NCBI GenBank assembly: GCA_042091375.1
Contig: JBELHO010000003.1
Location: forward strand, 27,659 to 91,658
Origin: Thalassotalea sp.
GTDB lineage: Bacteria > Pseudomonadota > Gammaproteobacteria > Enterobacterales > Alteromonadaceae
Direction of reading: 5' to 3'
Length of the DNA: 64,000 nt
In this document: positions 19,142 through 29,246 of the stretch, piece after piece
How the letters are laid out: every line of letters starts with the position of its first letter
Numbering within the stretch: position 1 is the first letter of the stretch
Notes under the pieces: generated by a model
Seen by the model: only the letters and a program-made list of their open reading frames with translations
Told to the model about the DNA's origin: nothing
Database searches by the model: none
Made by a program: the position numbers and the translations under genes

Positions 19142-19957
19142 TTAGTGAATAACTCCCCATTTATGTTTTATTTGCTCAATTATCCCTTGCTGCTCTAGTT
19201 GTTTATATGCTGCTTTAAAATGGGCAACTATCTCAGCAGAGGTATTATGGCTAAAGGCAAAAGATAAATCGTTGTTGAGGGCTTTAACCTCGATAAGTGG
19301 CTTTAGTTGTTGAAAATCCAACCCTAGCTTTAGTGCTCTTTTTTGCAGGGTAAACTCAGTGGCAACAATAAGGTCCACGCGATTTTTGTAGAGCATCAGC
19401 ATATTTTGGTCTTCTTTGGTGACCTGACTGACTTTACTAAACGCATTATCAAGTAAATATTGTGCAACGTTAGAATGGCGCGATGCGGCGACGCGATAAT
19501 TTTCTAGTTGTTTGATCTCGGTAATGGGTTGGTTAAAGGTATTTTTTAAACTCCAAAAATATAATTTTTCCTCCATTATGCGACCAACCCACTGAAATTG
19601 TTTACTGCGTGCCGGGGTATGCGCTATTGAAAAAATAAGGGTGTTTTTGTTATTTTTTGCCATAGCATAGGCCCTAGGCCATGGCATAACATGAACGATC
19701 GGTTGTTCACCCAGTTGGCTAAATAATGCGTGCATTATTTCAGTTGCCATACCGCCGAGACTGCCATCTGAATTTTTAATTTGATAAGGCGCTAAGTATT
19801 CGGTAACTACAGATATTTCAGGAAGATTTGGTAATTTATGGTTGATAACGGCAGCGTTGATTGCTTCACTCGAATTTGCCATCAACATACAAAATAGCAG
19901 CGCTAATATGACAATATAATGTAAAAGAGGCTTGACTGGCCAATAGCGATTGTTCAT
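19142..19957 (-). CDS. Orphan periplasmic solute-binding protein (family 3 / PBPb-like)
   Basis: 271 aa with a signal peptide (ILALLFCMLMANSSEA). It has the bilobed SBP_bac_3-like pattern (YLAPYQ..., FSIAHTPARSKQFQWVG). No permease or ATPase gene is adjacent. Confidence 0.65.
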   Translation of the reverse strand: MNNRYWPVKPLLHYIVILALLFCMLMANSSEAINAAVINHKLPNLPEISVVTEYLAPYQIKNSDGSLGGMATEIMHALFSQLGEQPIVHVMPWPRAYAMAKNNKNTLIFSIAHTPARSKQFQWVGRIMEEKLYFWSLKNTFNQPITEIKQLENYRVAASRHSNVAQYLLDNAFSKVSQVTKEDQNMLMLYKNRVDLIVATEFTLQKRALKLGLDFQQLKPLIEVKALNNDLSFAFSHNTSAEIVAHFKAAYKQLEQQGIIEQIKHKWGVIH

Positions 19958-20204
19958 CTGCTCCCCCTTATTATATCGGTGTATGTGTTTCCCTTTTGAA
20001 CAGATAAATAGATCCGCAATGGCAAAGTCAAAACAAAAAATTTAAGCATAAAATTATCATACAAAAATTATGCTTATATTAACAATAGCGCAGTGACTAA
20101 AAATTGCGCTAGAGGATGATGTTTATAGTCAATACTCGTTGTTTTTGCTCAGCATTTAGCATTAAATAAAGTGTAAATAACCTTGCTATTAATATGGTTA
20201 GGCG

Positions 20205-21653
<1,449 letters not shown>

Positions 21654-21674
21654 TCAATTCGTGTCCAATCAATA

Positions 21675-24600
21675 TTACTGTGCTTGCACACGAAGTTCTG
21701 CAGATGAACGACTGCGATGACCTAACAAAGTGTTAACATCAACGGTTGTTGGCTTGATCAATTTAAATAATGGCATGAAGTTTTCAAAATCATTGAGTAT
21801 TTGTTGCGCACGTTGACTGCCTGTTTCCGCTAAGTGTTGATGAATTATGCCTCGCAAATGCTCTTGATGAATGGCTAAATCTGCCACAGGTAGCGTTTCA
21901 ATAGACTCTTGGTTAAGCCTTACCTCTAAATCATCGGTTTCATCTAACACATAGGCGAAACCTCCGGTCATACCTGCGCCAAAGTTGACACCAGTTTGTC
22001 CCAATATAGTGACTACGCCGCCGGTCATGTATTCGCAAGCGTGATCACCGGTGCCTTCGATAACCGCATGACAACCAGAATTGCGAACCGCGAAACGTTC
22101 ACCTGCTCGGCCACAAGCATATAGTTTTCCACCAGTGGCGCCGTATAAACAGGTATTGCCCATAATCATCGCATGGTGACTAGAATACTCGACCCCTTTA
22201 GGAGGCTTGATGGCTAATTTGCCACCTGCCATACCTTTGCCAACATAATCATTGGCATCACCTGTTAAGATCATTTCTAATCCACCGGCATTCCAGACCC
22301 CAAAACTCTGACCAGCAGTGCCTGTTAGATGAATTTTGATAGGGTTAGATGCCATGCCTTGATCACCATATTGGCGAGCAATCTCTCCGGAAATGCTCGC
22401 ACCGACACTGCGATCTGTGTTGGCAATATTGAAGCGCATAACACCACCAGTACCGTGTGCTATTTTATCGGCACAGGCTGATAGCATCTGTTGGTTAAGC
22501 TGGCCTTTATCAAAGGCAATATTCGCTTCGGTTTGATGTAAAGCGGTATCTTTATTAGCCACAACAGGGGCAATAATGGCAGATAAGTCAAGCTTTTGTT
22601 GTTTTGCACTAATACCAGTTAATTGTGTTAATAAATCGGTTCTACCGATAATAGCGGTTAAACTTTCAACACCGAGTTTAGCTAAAATTTGCCGAACATC
22701 ACGAGCGACAAATTTAAAATAATTCATTACTTGATCGGGCAGACCTTTAAAAAATTGCTCGCGCAGCACATCGTCTTGGGTTGCGACACCTGTAGCACAA
22801 TTATTTAGGTGACAAATACGGAGAAATTTACAACCCAGTGTGACCATTGGTGCAGTGCCAAAGCCAAAGCTTTCGGCACCTAATATTGCCGCTTTGACAA
22901 TATCAAGCCCTGTTTTTAAACCGCCGTCAACTTGCAAGCGAACTTTGTGTCGAAGCCCATTAGCGACTAGAGATTGGTGTGCTTCTGCTAAACCTAACTC
23001 CCATGGGCAACCGGCATACTTTACTGAAGTTAATGGGCTGGCACCTGTGCCGCCGTCATAACCTGAAATAGTAATAAAATCAGCATAGGCTTTGGCTACG
23101 CCCGAGGCTATAGTGCCAACGCCCGGACCGGATACTAACTTTACTGAAATAACTGCTTTGGGGTTGACTTGTTTTAAATCAAAAATGAGCTGTGCCAAAT
23201 CTTCGATTGAATATATGTCGTGATGCGGTGGTGGTGAAATTAAGGTGACCCCGGGCACTGAAAATCGCAATTTAGCTATTAACGGGGTGACTTTATCACC
23301 CGGCAACTGGCCTCCTTCACCAGGTTTTGCGCCTTGTGCTACTTTGATTTGCAACACATCAGCATTCACTAAATAATGAGGCGTCACGCCAAATCGCCCA
23401 GAGGCAATTTGTTTGATCCGCGAGTTTTTTACGGTACCAAATCGACGCTCATCTTCTCCGCCTTCGCCTGAGTTAGAAAAACCACCTAGTCGATTCATTG
23501 CTATCGCCAATGCTTCGTGTGCTTCTGGGCTTAAGGCGCCAATTGACATTGCAGCACTGTCAAATCGCTTGAATAATTCCGATTCCGGTTCGACATTGGC
23601 AAGCGCTATTGCTTGCTCACTATCACTAAGGGCTAATAAGTCGCGGATAGTGGCAACAGGCCTGTTGTTGACTTGCTCAGCAAATTTTTCATAATCAGTG
23701 TAATTGCCTGTTTTTACCGCCGCCTGTAAGTTGTTTACTATGGTGGGGTTATAAGCGTGATACTCACCACCGTGGACATATTTTAACAAGCCGCCATGGG
23801 CGATTTTTTGATGAGGCAGAAAAGCCTTGCGAGCAAGATTAATGGTATCTTGTTCGATATCAGTAAAATCAGCGCCCTGAATACGACTAACAAGATCGGG
23901 AAAACACAATTGCATAATATTTTGGTGTAAACCGATCACTTCAAATAAACCGGCACAACGATAGCTGGCAATGGTTGAAATACCCATTTTTGACAATATT
24001 TTCAACAGGCCTTTATTGATGCCATTGCGATAATTAATCACCGCATCACGCGCACTTAATTGAATTTGATCTTGTTCTACAAGTTGTTCAACGGTTTCAT
24101 AGGCGAGATATGGATAGATTGCTGTTGCCCCAAGTCCAAGTAGCACGGCAAATTGATGGGGATCACGAGTCGAAGCTGTTTCAACAATAATATTGGAATC
24201 ACAACGGAGGTTTTTATCAACCAGTCTTTTTTGTACAGCGCCGACAGCCATTGCTGCTGGAATGGGCAATAGTCCTTTGTCTATATTTCGATCTGATAAC
24301 ACTAAAATTACCGTGTTTTCTTCACGAACCAGCTGCTCTGCTTGATCGGCTATACGAACAATTGCTGACTCTAGACCTTCCGCAACGGGGTAATTTAAAC
24401 TTAAGGTATCACTGCGATAATGGTTGGGATCCAATTCGCGTAATTGTTTTAAGCCAGTATACATTAAAATAGGGGTATCAAATAAAATGCGATCCGCATG
24501 ACCAGTGGTTTCATTAAATACATTGTGTTCACGACCAATACAGGTTCCCAATGACATCACATAACGTTCGCGCAGCGGATCTATGGGTGGGTTAGTCACT

Positions 24601-26135
24601 TGTGCAAATTGTTGGCGGAAATAGTCGTAAAGAGATCTCGCTTGACTTGATAATACTGCCATTGGCGTATCATCACCCATGGATCCTGTCGCCTCTTGGC
24701 CATTTTCAGCCATGGTTCTGACCACTTGCTGAATTTCTTCATAGCTGTAATTAAAGAGCTTGTGATATTCGGCAATTTTTCGGTTATCAAACGCTCTTTG
24801 GCCAATAAGTTCAGCGGTTAATTGCTCAAACGGTACTAAGCGGCGAATATTTTCGTTAAGCCATGCGCGATATGGGTGCCTTACTTTGAGTTCATCATCG
24901 ATATCATTTGAATGAAAAATTTTACCTGTGTAGGTGTCGATTGCGATCATTTCGCCAGGTCCAACTCGGCCCTTGGCAATGACTTCATCTTCTCCATAGT
25001 CCCAAATACCGACTTCTGAAGCCAGAGTAATAAAACCATTGCGAGTGATCACATAACGCGCTGGCCTCAAGCCGTTGCGGTCCAAATTACAAGCGACATG
25101 ACGACCATTGGTCATTACTACGCCTGCAGGCCCATCCCATGGCTCCATATGCATAGAATTAAATTCATAGAAGGCTTTTATTTCATCATCCATTAATGGG
25201 CTGTTTTGCCATGCAGGAGGCATAAGCAGACGCATGGCGCGATATAAATCCATACCCCCAGCTAAAAAAAGTTCAAGCATATTATCTAATGATGAAGAAT
25301 CTGAACCAGATTCATTCACAAATGGAGCGGCATCTTGAAGATCAGGCAACAAAGGAGATTGAAAGCGATAGGTGCGTGCTCGACTCCATTGACGGTTACC
25401 CTTGATGGTATTAATTTCGCCATTGTGAGCCAAATAGCGAAACGGTTGTGCGAGGTGCCATTGTGGAGAAGTGTTGGTTGAGAAACGTTGATGAAAAACA
25501 CAAATCGCTGTTTTCATCCGAATATCAGCTAGATCGCGATAAAAGTTTGGTAAATCTACTGGCATCATTAAGCCTTTGTAAATAGTAACCAAACAAGAAA
25601 GGCTGGCGATATAAAAGGTAGGATCAGAGATCCTTTTTTCAGCGCGACGGCGAGCCATGTACAAACGGCGTTCTAAATCTTTATTTCTCCAACCTGGGGG
25701 AGCATCAACAAAAACTTGTTCTATGGCTGGCAAATTGCTGGCGGCTATAGGACCTAATATGGTTTTGTCGGTGGGCACTACCCGCCAACCAACTAATGTT
25801 AAGGTTTCTTTGGTTAGTTCTTGCTCAAGAATATTCTTGGCCAATGTTGCTTTAATAGGATCTTGGTTTAGAAATACCATACCAACTGCATACTTTCTAC
25901 CCAGTTGCCAGCTATTTTCTGCCGCTATTGCACGAAAAAAAGTATCGGGTTTTTGCAATAATAAACCACAACCATCACCGGTTTTACCATCGGCTGCAAT
26001 ACCACCGCGATGTTGCATGCGATCGAGTGCCGAAATGGCGGTTTTTACCAGCTTGTGACTTGTCTCACCTTGTTGATGAGCAATTAAACCAAAGCCACAA
26101 TTGTCTTTTTGATAGTTTGGATCATAAAGTAGCAT
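21675..26135 (-). CDS. gltB: Glutamate synthase (NADPH) large subunit
   Basis: 1486 aa. After propeptide removal the N-terminus has a nucleophilic Cys (KDNCGFGLIAH), followed by FMN/3Fe-4S central domains and a GXGXG C-terminal domain. Confidence 0.97.
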   Translation of the reverse strand: MLLYDPNYQKDNCGFGLIAHQQGETSHKLVKTAISALDRMQHRGGIAADGKTGDGCGLLLQKPDTFFRAIAAENSWQLGRKYAVGMVFLNQDPIKATLAKNILEQELTKETLTLVGWRVVPTDKTILGPIAASNLPAIEQVFVDAPPGWRNKDLERRLYMARRRAEKRISDPTFYIASLSCLVTIYKGLMMPVDLPNFYRDLADIRMKTAICVFHQRFSTNTSPQWHLAQPFRYLAHNGEINTIKGNRQWSRARTYRFQSPLLPDLQDAAPFVNESGSDSSSLDNMLELFLAGGMDLYRAMRLLMPPAWQNSPLMDDEIKAFYEFNSMHMEPWDGPAGVVMTNGRHVACNLDRNGLRPARYVITRNGFITLASEVGIWDYGEDEVIAKGRVGPGEMIAIDTYTGKIFHSNDIDDELKVRHPYRAWLNENIRRLVPFEQLTAELIGQRAFDNRKIAEYHKLFNYSYEEIQQVVRTMAENGQEATGSMGDDTPMAVLSSQARSLYDYFRQQFAQVTNPPIDPLRERYVMSLGTCIGREHNVFNETTGHADRILFDTPILMYTGLKQLRELDPNHYRSDTLSLNYPVAEGLESAIVRIADQAEQLVREENTVILVLSDRNIDKGLLPIPAAMAVGAVQKRLVDKNLRCDSNIIVETASTRDPHQFAVLLGLGATAIYPYLAYETVEQLVEQDQIQLSARDAVINYRNGINKGLLKILSKMGISTIASYRCAGLFEVIGLHQNIMQLCFPDLVSRIQGADFTDIEQDTINLARKAFLPHQKIAHGGLLKYVHGGEYHAYNPTIVNNLQAAVKTGNYTDYEKFAEQVNNRPVATIRDLLALSDSEQAIALANVEPESELFKRFDSAAMSIGALSPEAHEALAIAMNRLGGFSNSGEGGEDERRFGTVKNSRIKQIASGRFGVTPHYLVNADVLQIKVAQGAKPGEGGQLPGDKVTPLIAKLRFSVPGVTLISPPPHHDIYSIEDLAQLIFDLKQVNPKAVISVKLVSGPGVGTIASGVAKAYADFITISGYDGGTGASPLTSVKYAGCPWELGLAEAHQSLVANGLRHKVRLQVDGGLKTGLDIVKAAILGAESFGFGTAPMVTLGCKFLRICHLNNCATGVATQDDVLREQFFKGLPDQVMNYFKFVARDVRQILAKLGVESLTAIIGRTDLLTQLTGISAKQQKLDLSAIIAPVVANKDTALHQTEANIAFDKGQLNQQMLSACADKIAHGTGGVMRFNIANTDRSVGASISGEIARQYGDQGMASNPIKIHLTGTAGQSFGVWNAGGLEMILTGDANDYVGKGMAGGKLAIKPPKGVEYSSHHAMIMGNTCLYGATGGKLYACGRAGERFAVRNSGCHAVIEGTGDHACEYMTGGVVTILGQTGVNFGAGMTGGFAYVLDETDDLEVRLNQESIETLPVADLAIHQEHLRGIIHQHLAETGSQRAQQILNDFENFMPLFKLIKPTTVDVNTLLGHRSRSSAELRVQAQ

Positions 26136-26696
26136 GTTACTTCTCCTAAAATAGTTCGAGTTTGGTAACAGAACAAAAAAGAATAATTTTATGAGTTAAT
26201 TGCATAAAAAATCTTTTTTTTTGCCAAAGTGAACACCTAACATTAAACAGTTAATCGGCAAAGGTCAATAAAAATAGAGTTTTTGCTCGTAATTTATTTA
26301 CAATTTATTAAGCTATTGTTTTTAATGATTAAGTGGGTTTTTTTGATGTTTATTTATACCTTTTTATTGATGAAAACAAAATATTTCAAGAAGTTTAGAC
26401 CACAAAAATGCTAAAAATGGAATTTTATTACATGTGCTGTACTATTCATACAGTTTATAGTTGATATTTTGTCAATAGCTTTTTATTCAGTTTTTTAATC
26501 GTTTTTATATTTTTTGTAGAGGCGATACGGGTAGGAATAGTGACTTAAATTACAGCCAATAAAACAAGATGGCGGTTATAAAAACTAGCTAGTGGTAGAT
26601 TTTTGTGTGTTTGTTGATGTGCCAGAAGCTTGAATATTATCGAGTATCTGGCACTTGCATTATAGGGGTGTCGAAAAAACAGATGCGCTAGGTTAT

Positions 26697-27623
26697 CTAA
26701 GGTTGATAACCATCAGGTATGCCTTTGGTGGTTATACTAACTGCGTCGTGAGCGTGCAGCGATTCGAGGTGATTTATTTTTAACCAAAAATCATCAAATT
26801 GATTTACCGTGTTCATGCCGTGTTGCAATCGGCGAGCGGCATCTTCACAAAACATTAGATTTTGTCCGTTTAGTCTAGCGAATTCTTGCTCATCTTCTCG
26901 TTTTACTGCTGCTTGAACGGGTGTTTGCAATGCATCCTCGATTAAGTTGACTAGGTCGGTGATCGGAAACTGACTTGTATTGGCATTCAATTTAACTTTA
27001 ACTTCTGCAATTGAACGTTGGCTGTGAGGTGTAGCAATAATGCCTTCTGTTGAACCTAGCCACTGATGAACAGCCGTAAAGTCCAATGATTGGTTATCAG
27101 TAAATGTTTGTTGAAATTGTTTTTGTATCAACTGTCGAGCAAGTGCCGCTGAACAAGGACAAGTGGACGAATATTTGACATTAATTGCCAATTCTATTGT
27201 CAGTTCACCATTGTTGAGTCGACCGGTAATCGTGGTTGGATATGCTTTCCATCCTTGTTTACCACTGACTAGAGACTTTCTTCGCAAGTGATAGTCAAAG
27301 TGAAAGCACACTTTAGCGTTATCACTTAGATCTTGATGACTACTGATGAAACCATCCAGTAAAGTGACTAAGGTTTGATAGTTTAAAACGTGGTTAGTTG
27401 AGAGTTCATCCAGCAATAAATACAATCTAGACATATGAATGCCTTTAGCTTTGGCATCGTTTAGATTCACAAACGCATCAACAAATGCTGAAACCATGCG
27501 AGCCGATTGATCTTTAGAATCGAGCATTATCGGCATTTCGATATTACTCATGCCTACCCAATCAAGTGTTCCTTCAGTTTGAGCTTTAGTATGATTGGCG
27601 ATATCTGGCATTGATGGTGACAT
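26697..27623 (-). CDS. folE2: GTP cyclohydrolase FolE2 (type IB)
   Basis: 308 aa: [26 protein letters not shown]...GIHMSRLY...[10 protein letters not shown]...[11 protein letters not shown] recognise these as GCYH-IB/FolE2 family hallmarks. Confidence 0.85.
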   Translation of the reverse strand: MSPSMPDIANHTKAQTEGTLDWVGMSNIEMPIMLDSKDQSARMVSAFVDAFVNLNDAKAKGIHMSRLYLLLDELSTNHVLNYQTLVTLLDGFISSHQDLSDNAKVCFHFDYHLRRKSLVSGKQGWKAYPTTITGRLNNGELTIELAINVKYSSTCPCSAALARQLIQKQFQQTFTDNQSLDFTAVHQWLGSTEGIIATPHSQRSIAEVKVKLNANTSQFPITDLVNLIEDALQTPVQAAVKREDEQEFARLNGQNLMFCEDAARRLQHGMNTVNQFDDFWLKINHLESLHAHDAVSITTKGIPDGYQP

Positions 27624-27713
27624 GTAAACTCCAAAAGGATTGATGCGTTATGTAAAGGGCTAACAGTAACTACAGTACATAACAAAATAAATGAACAGCA
27701 TTCCCGTAATGGG

Positions 27714-27734
27714 TGTTATATTGAAAGTATAACA
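27714..27734. promoter_or_regulatory. 7-7-7 palindrome upstream of folE2 (candidate operator)
   Basis: TGTTATA-TTGAAAG-TATAACA lies about 90-110 nt upstream of folE2 ATG 27623. The half-sites resemble Zur-box half-sites but the spacing is non-canonical. Confidence 0.3.
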
Positions 27735-27927
27735 ACGCAATTATCTCTAATTTGGGGATAAGAAAATACACGCATGCTAAAAAGGCGTTTATTTTGAATG
27801 ATAAATGCCTGAAAAGCAATAAAAGCCGAATGCTTTATCATCGCATATTTTGTGCTTTGAACAGAATATTGTTCACTAAAAACTTAAGCGAGTATTGTGA
27901 TATAAATGCAACAGGATTGGTAATAAG

Positions 27928-28290
27928 GTGGTTTTTGTGAATGATATTAAACAATTAGATAGTGACTTACTCGATGGTTATATCAATGATCTAGGAGCGG
28001 GTATTGTTCAACAAATGCTCGATTTATATACACAGCAATCGACATTATATCTAAAAGAAATTAGTCTAGCCGTCAATGAGAAGTCGCAACAAGCTTGGAG
28101 CACTAGTTGTCATAAGATGAAGGGAGCTTCTGCCAGTGTTGGTTTAGTCGCGGTATTTTCCCATTTAGTAAACATTGAGCATTCGGTTCAGCCATGGCCA
28201 GAAAAGAGTGACTTGTGTAAGCAGTTAACTCAGTTAAACAATGACGGTTTAACAAGCGTCTATGCTTATTTCAACACAAAAAAAAGCTAG
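27928..28290 (+). CDS. Stand-alone histidine phosphotransfer (Hpt) protein, ArcB-Hpt-like
   Basis: 120 aa with a GTG start at 27928 (alternative GTG at 27937). The phospho-His motif CHKMKGASASVGL compares with GHKIKGAAGSVGL in the E. coli ArcB Hpt domain. Confidence 0.8.
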   Translation: MVFVNDIKQLDSDLLDGYINDLGAGIVQQMLDLYTQQSTLYLKEISLAVNEKSQQAWSTSCHKMKGASASVGLVAVFSHLVNIEHSVQPWPEKSDLCKQLTQLNNDGLTSVYAYFNTKKS

Positions 28291-28306
28291 TATGTAACTA
28301 GCTTTT
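28278..28306. terminator. Bidirectional terminator between hpt and arcA
   Basis: AAAAGCTAGT-ATGTA-ACTAGCTTTT forms a 10-bp stem flanked by an A-run and a T-run. It overlaps the hpt stop codon. Confidence 0.8.
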
Positions 28307-28335
28307 ATGTCGACTTATCGCTCTATTGTGAGCAA

Positions 28336-29049
28336 TTAAGTGTTGCTGGTTTCAACTGTACCAATAAAGCGATATCCTTCACCGTGGATAGTATTAATTA
28401 ATTCCGGTGAGTCTTCTATTGATTCAAAGTGCTTGCGCAAGCGGCGGATAGTTACATCAACGGTGCGATCATTGGAACGCAAATCTCTGCCTGTCATTTC
28501 TTTGATCAGTTGTTGACGAGTGACAATTTGGCCACTGTTGGCAATTAATAAACGCAATGCGCGGTATTCGCCACGAGGTATTGAGATAGTTTTTCCGCTG
28601 GTTGAAGTCATTTTGCGTGAGTTACCATCGAGTACCCATTCGTTAAAACTGATCACGTCAGTGTCAATATCGGCCTTAGACGAGGATATGCGATTGAGGA
28701 TATTACGCGCGCGAATCGTTAGTTCTCTGGGGTTAAAAGGTTTGGTCAGGTAATCATCAGCACCGATTTCTAAACCGAGAATTTTATCTATATCGCTATC
28801 TCTTCCGGTTAAGAAAATTAATCCTAAGTCAGCATTTTGAGTCAATTCCCTTGCTAACAATAAGCCATTTTTCCCCGGTAAATTAATGTCCATAATGACC
28901 AGATTAATTGTATTTTGCTGCAGTTGTTGTTCCATACTATCACCATCAATAGCTTCTGAAACAGTATACCCTTCAGCTTCGAATAAATTTCGCAGATTAA
29001 AACGCGTTACGTCTTCATCTTCCACAATTAATATATGAGTTTTTTGCAT
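28336..29049 (-). CDS. arcA: Aerobic respiration control response regulator ArcA (OmpR family)
   Basis: From ATG 29049 the protein reads [36 protein letters not shown]...[23 protein letters not shown]...[21 protein letters not shown]...[16 protein letters not shown]...IHGEGYRF. It is near-colinear with E. coli ArcA. Confidence 0.92.
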   Translation of the reverse strand: MQKTHILIVEDEDVTRFNLRNLFEAEGYTVSEAIDGDSMEQQLQQNTINLVIMDINLPGKNGLLLARELTQNADLGLIFLTGRDSDIDKILGLEIGADDYLTKPFNPRELTIRARNILNRISSSKADIDTDVISFNEWVLDGNSRKMTSTSGKTISIPRGEYRALRLLIANSGQIVTRQQLIKEMTGRDLRSNDRTVDVTIRRLRKHFESIEDSPELINTIHGEGYRFIGTVETSNT

Positions 29050-29246
29050 GCTAAACAATCCAGTTTAATATTAAAATGTTATTAAGTTGACATTATCAAC
29101 GTTAAATTAATTGAGTATATCTTAATGTTTTGTTAAGAACATTAACAACTATTACTATGCATAGTAAATTACATAGCACTAAAATACAATTTTAATCAGC
29201 AAATAATTGGCAGCACTTATTGAGTATAAAGTGCAATTTTTTTGGG

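Noticed and set aside
22840-26149. Multiple 60-133-aa ORFs on both strands inside gltB; similar cases occur inside gltD, murA (205 aa at 47978-48595), yip1, the adaptor gene, fabY, rpoN, mgtE, yrbG and degQ
   Set aside because: All are alternative-frame or antisense ORFs nested in long, confidently identified genes. Their translations are low-complexity (Ser/Ala/Pro/Cys-rich), which is typical of frame artefacts.
26619-26659. TGGCAC followed by TTGCA (26649-26659), considered as a sigma-54 promoter
   Set aside because: The TGGCAC and TTGC elements are directly adjacent, with no 5-nt spacer, so the geometry is wrong. The TGGCAC is simply the right arm of the GTGCCAGA/TCTGGCAC hairpin downstream of folE2.
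27752-27940. 62-aa ORF in the folE2/hpt intergenic region
   Set aside because: It has no SD, its composition is basic and Cys/Leu-rich and typical of AT-rich non-coding DNA, and it overlaps the hpt start. It is more likely promoter DNA.
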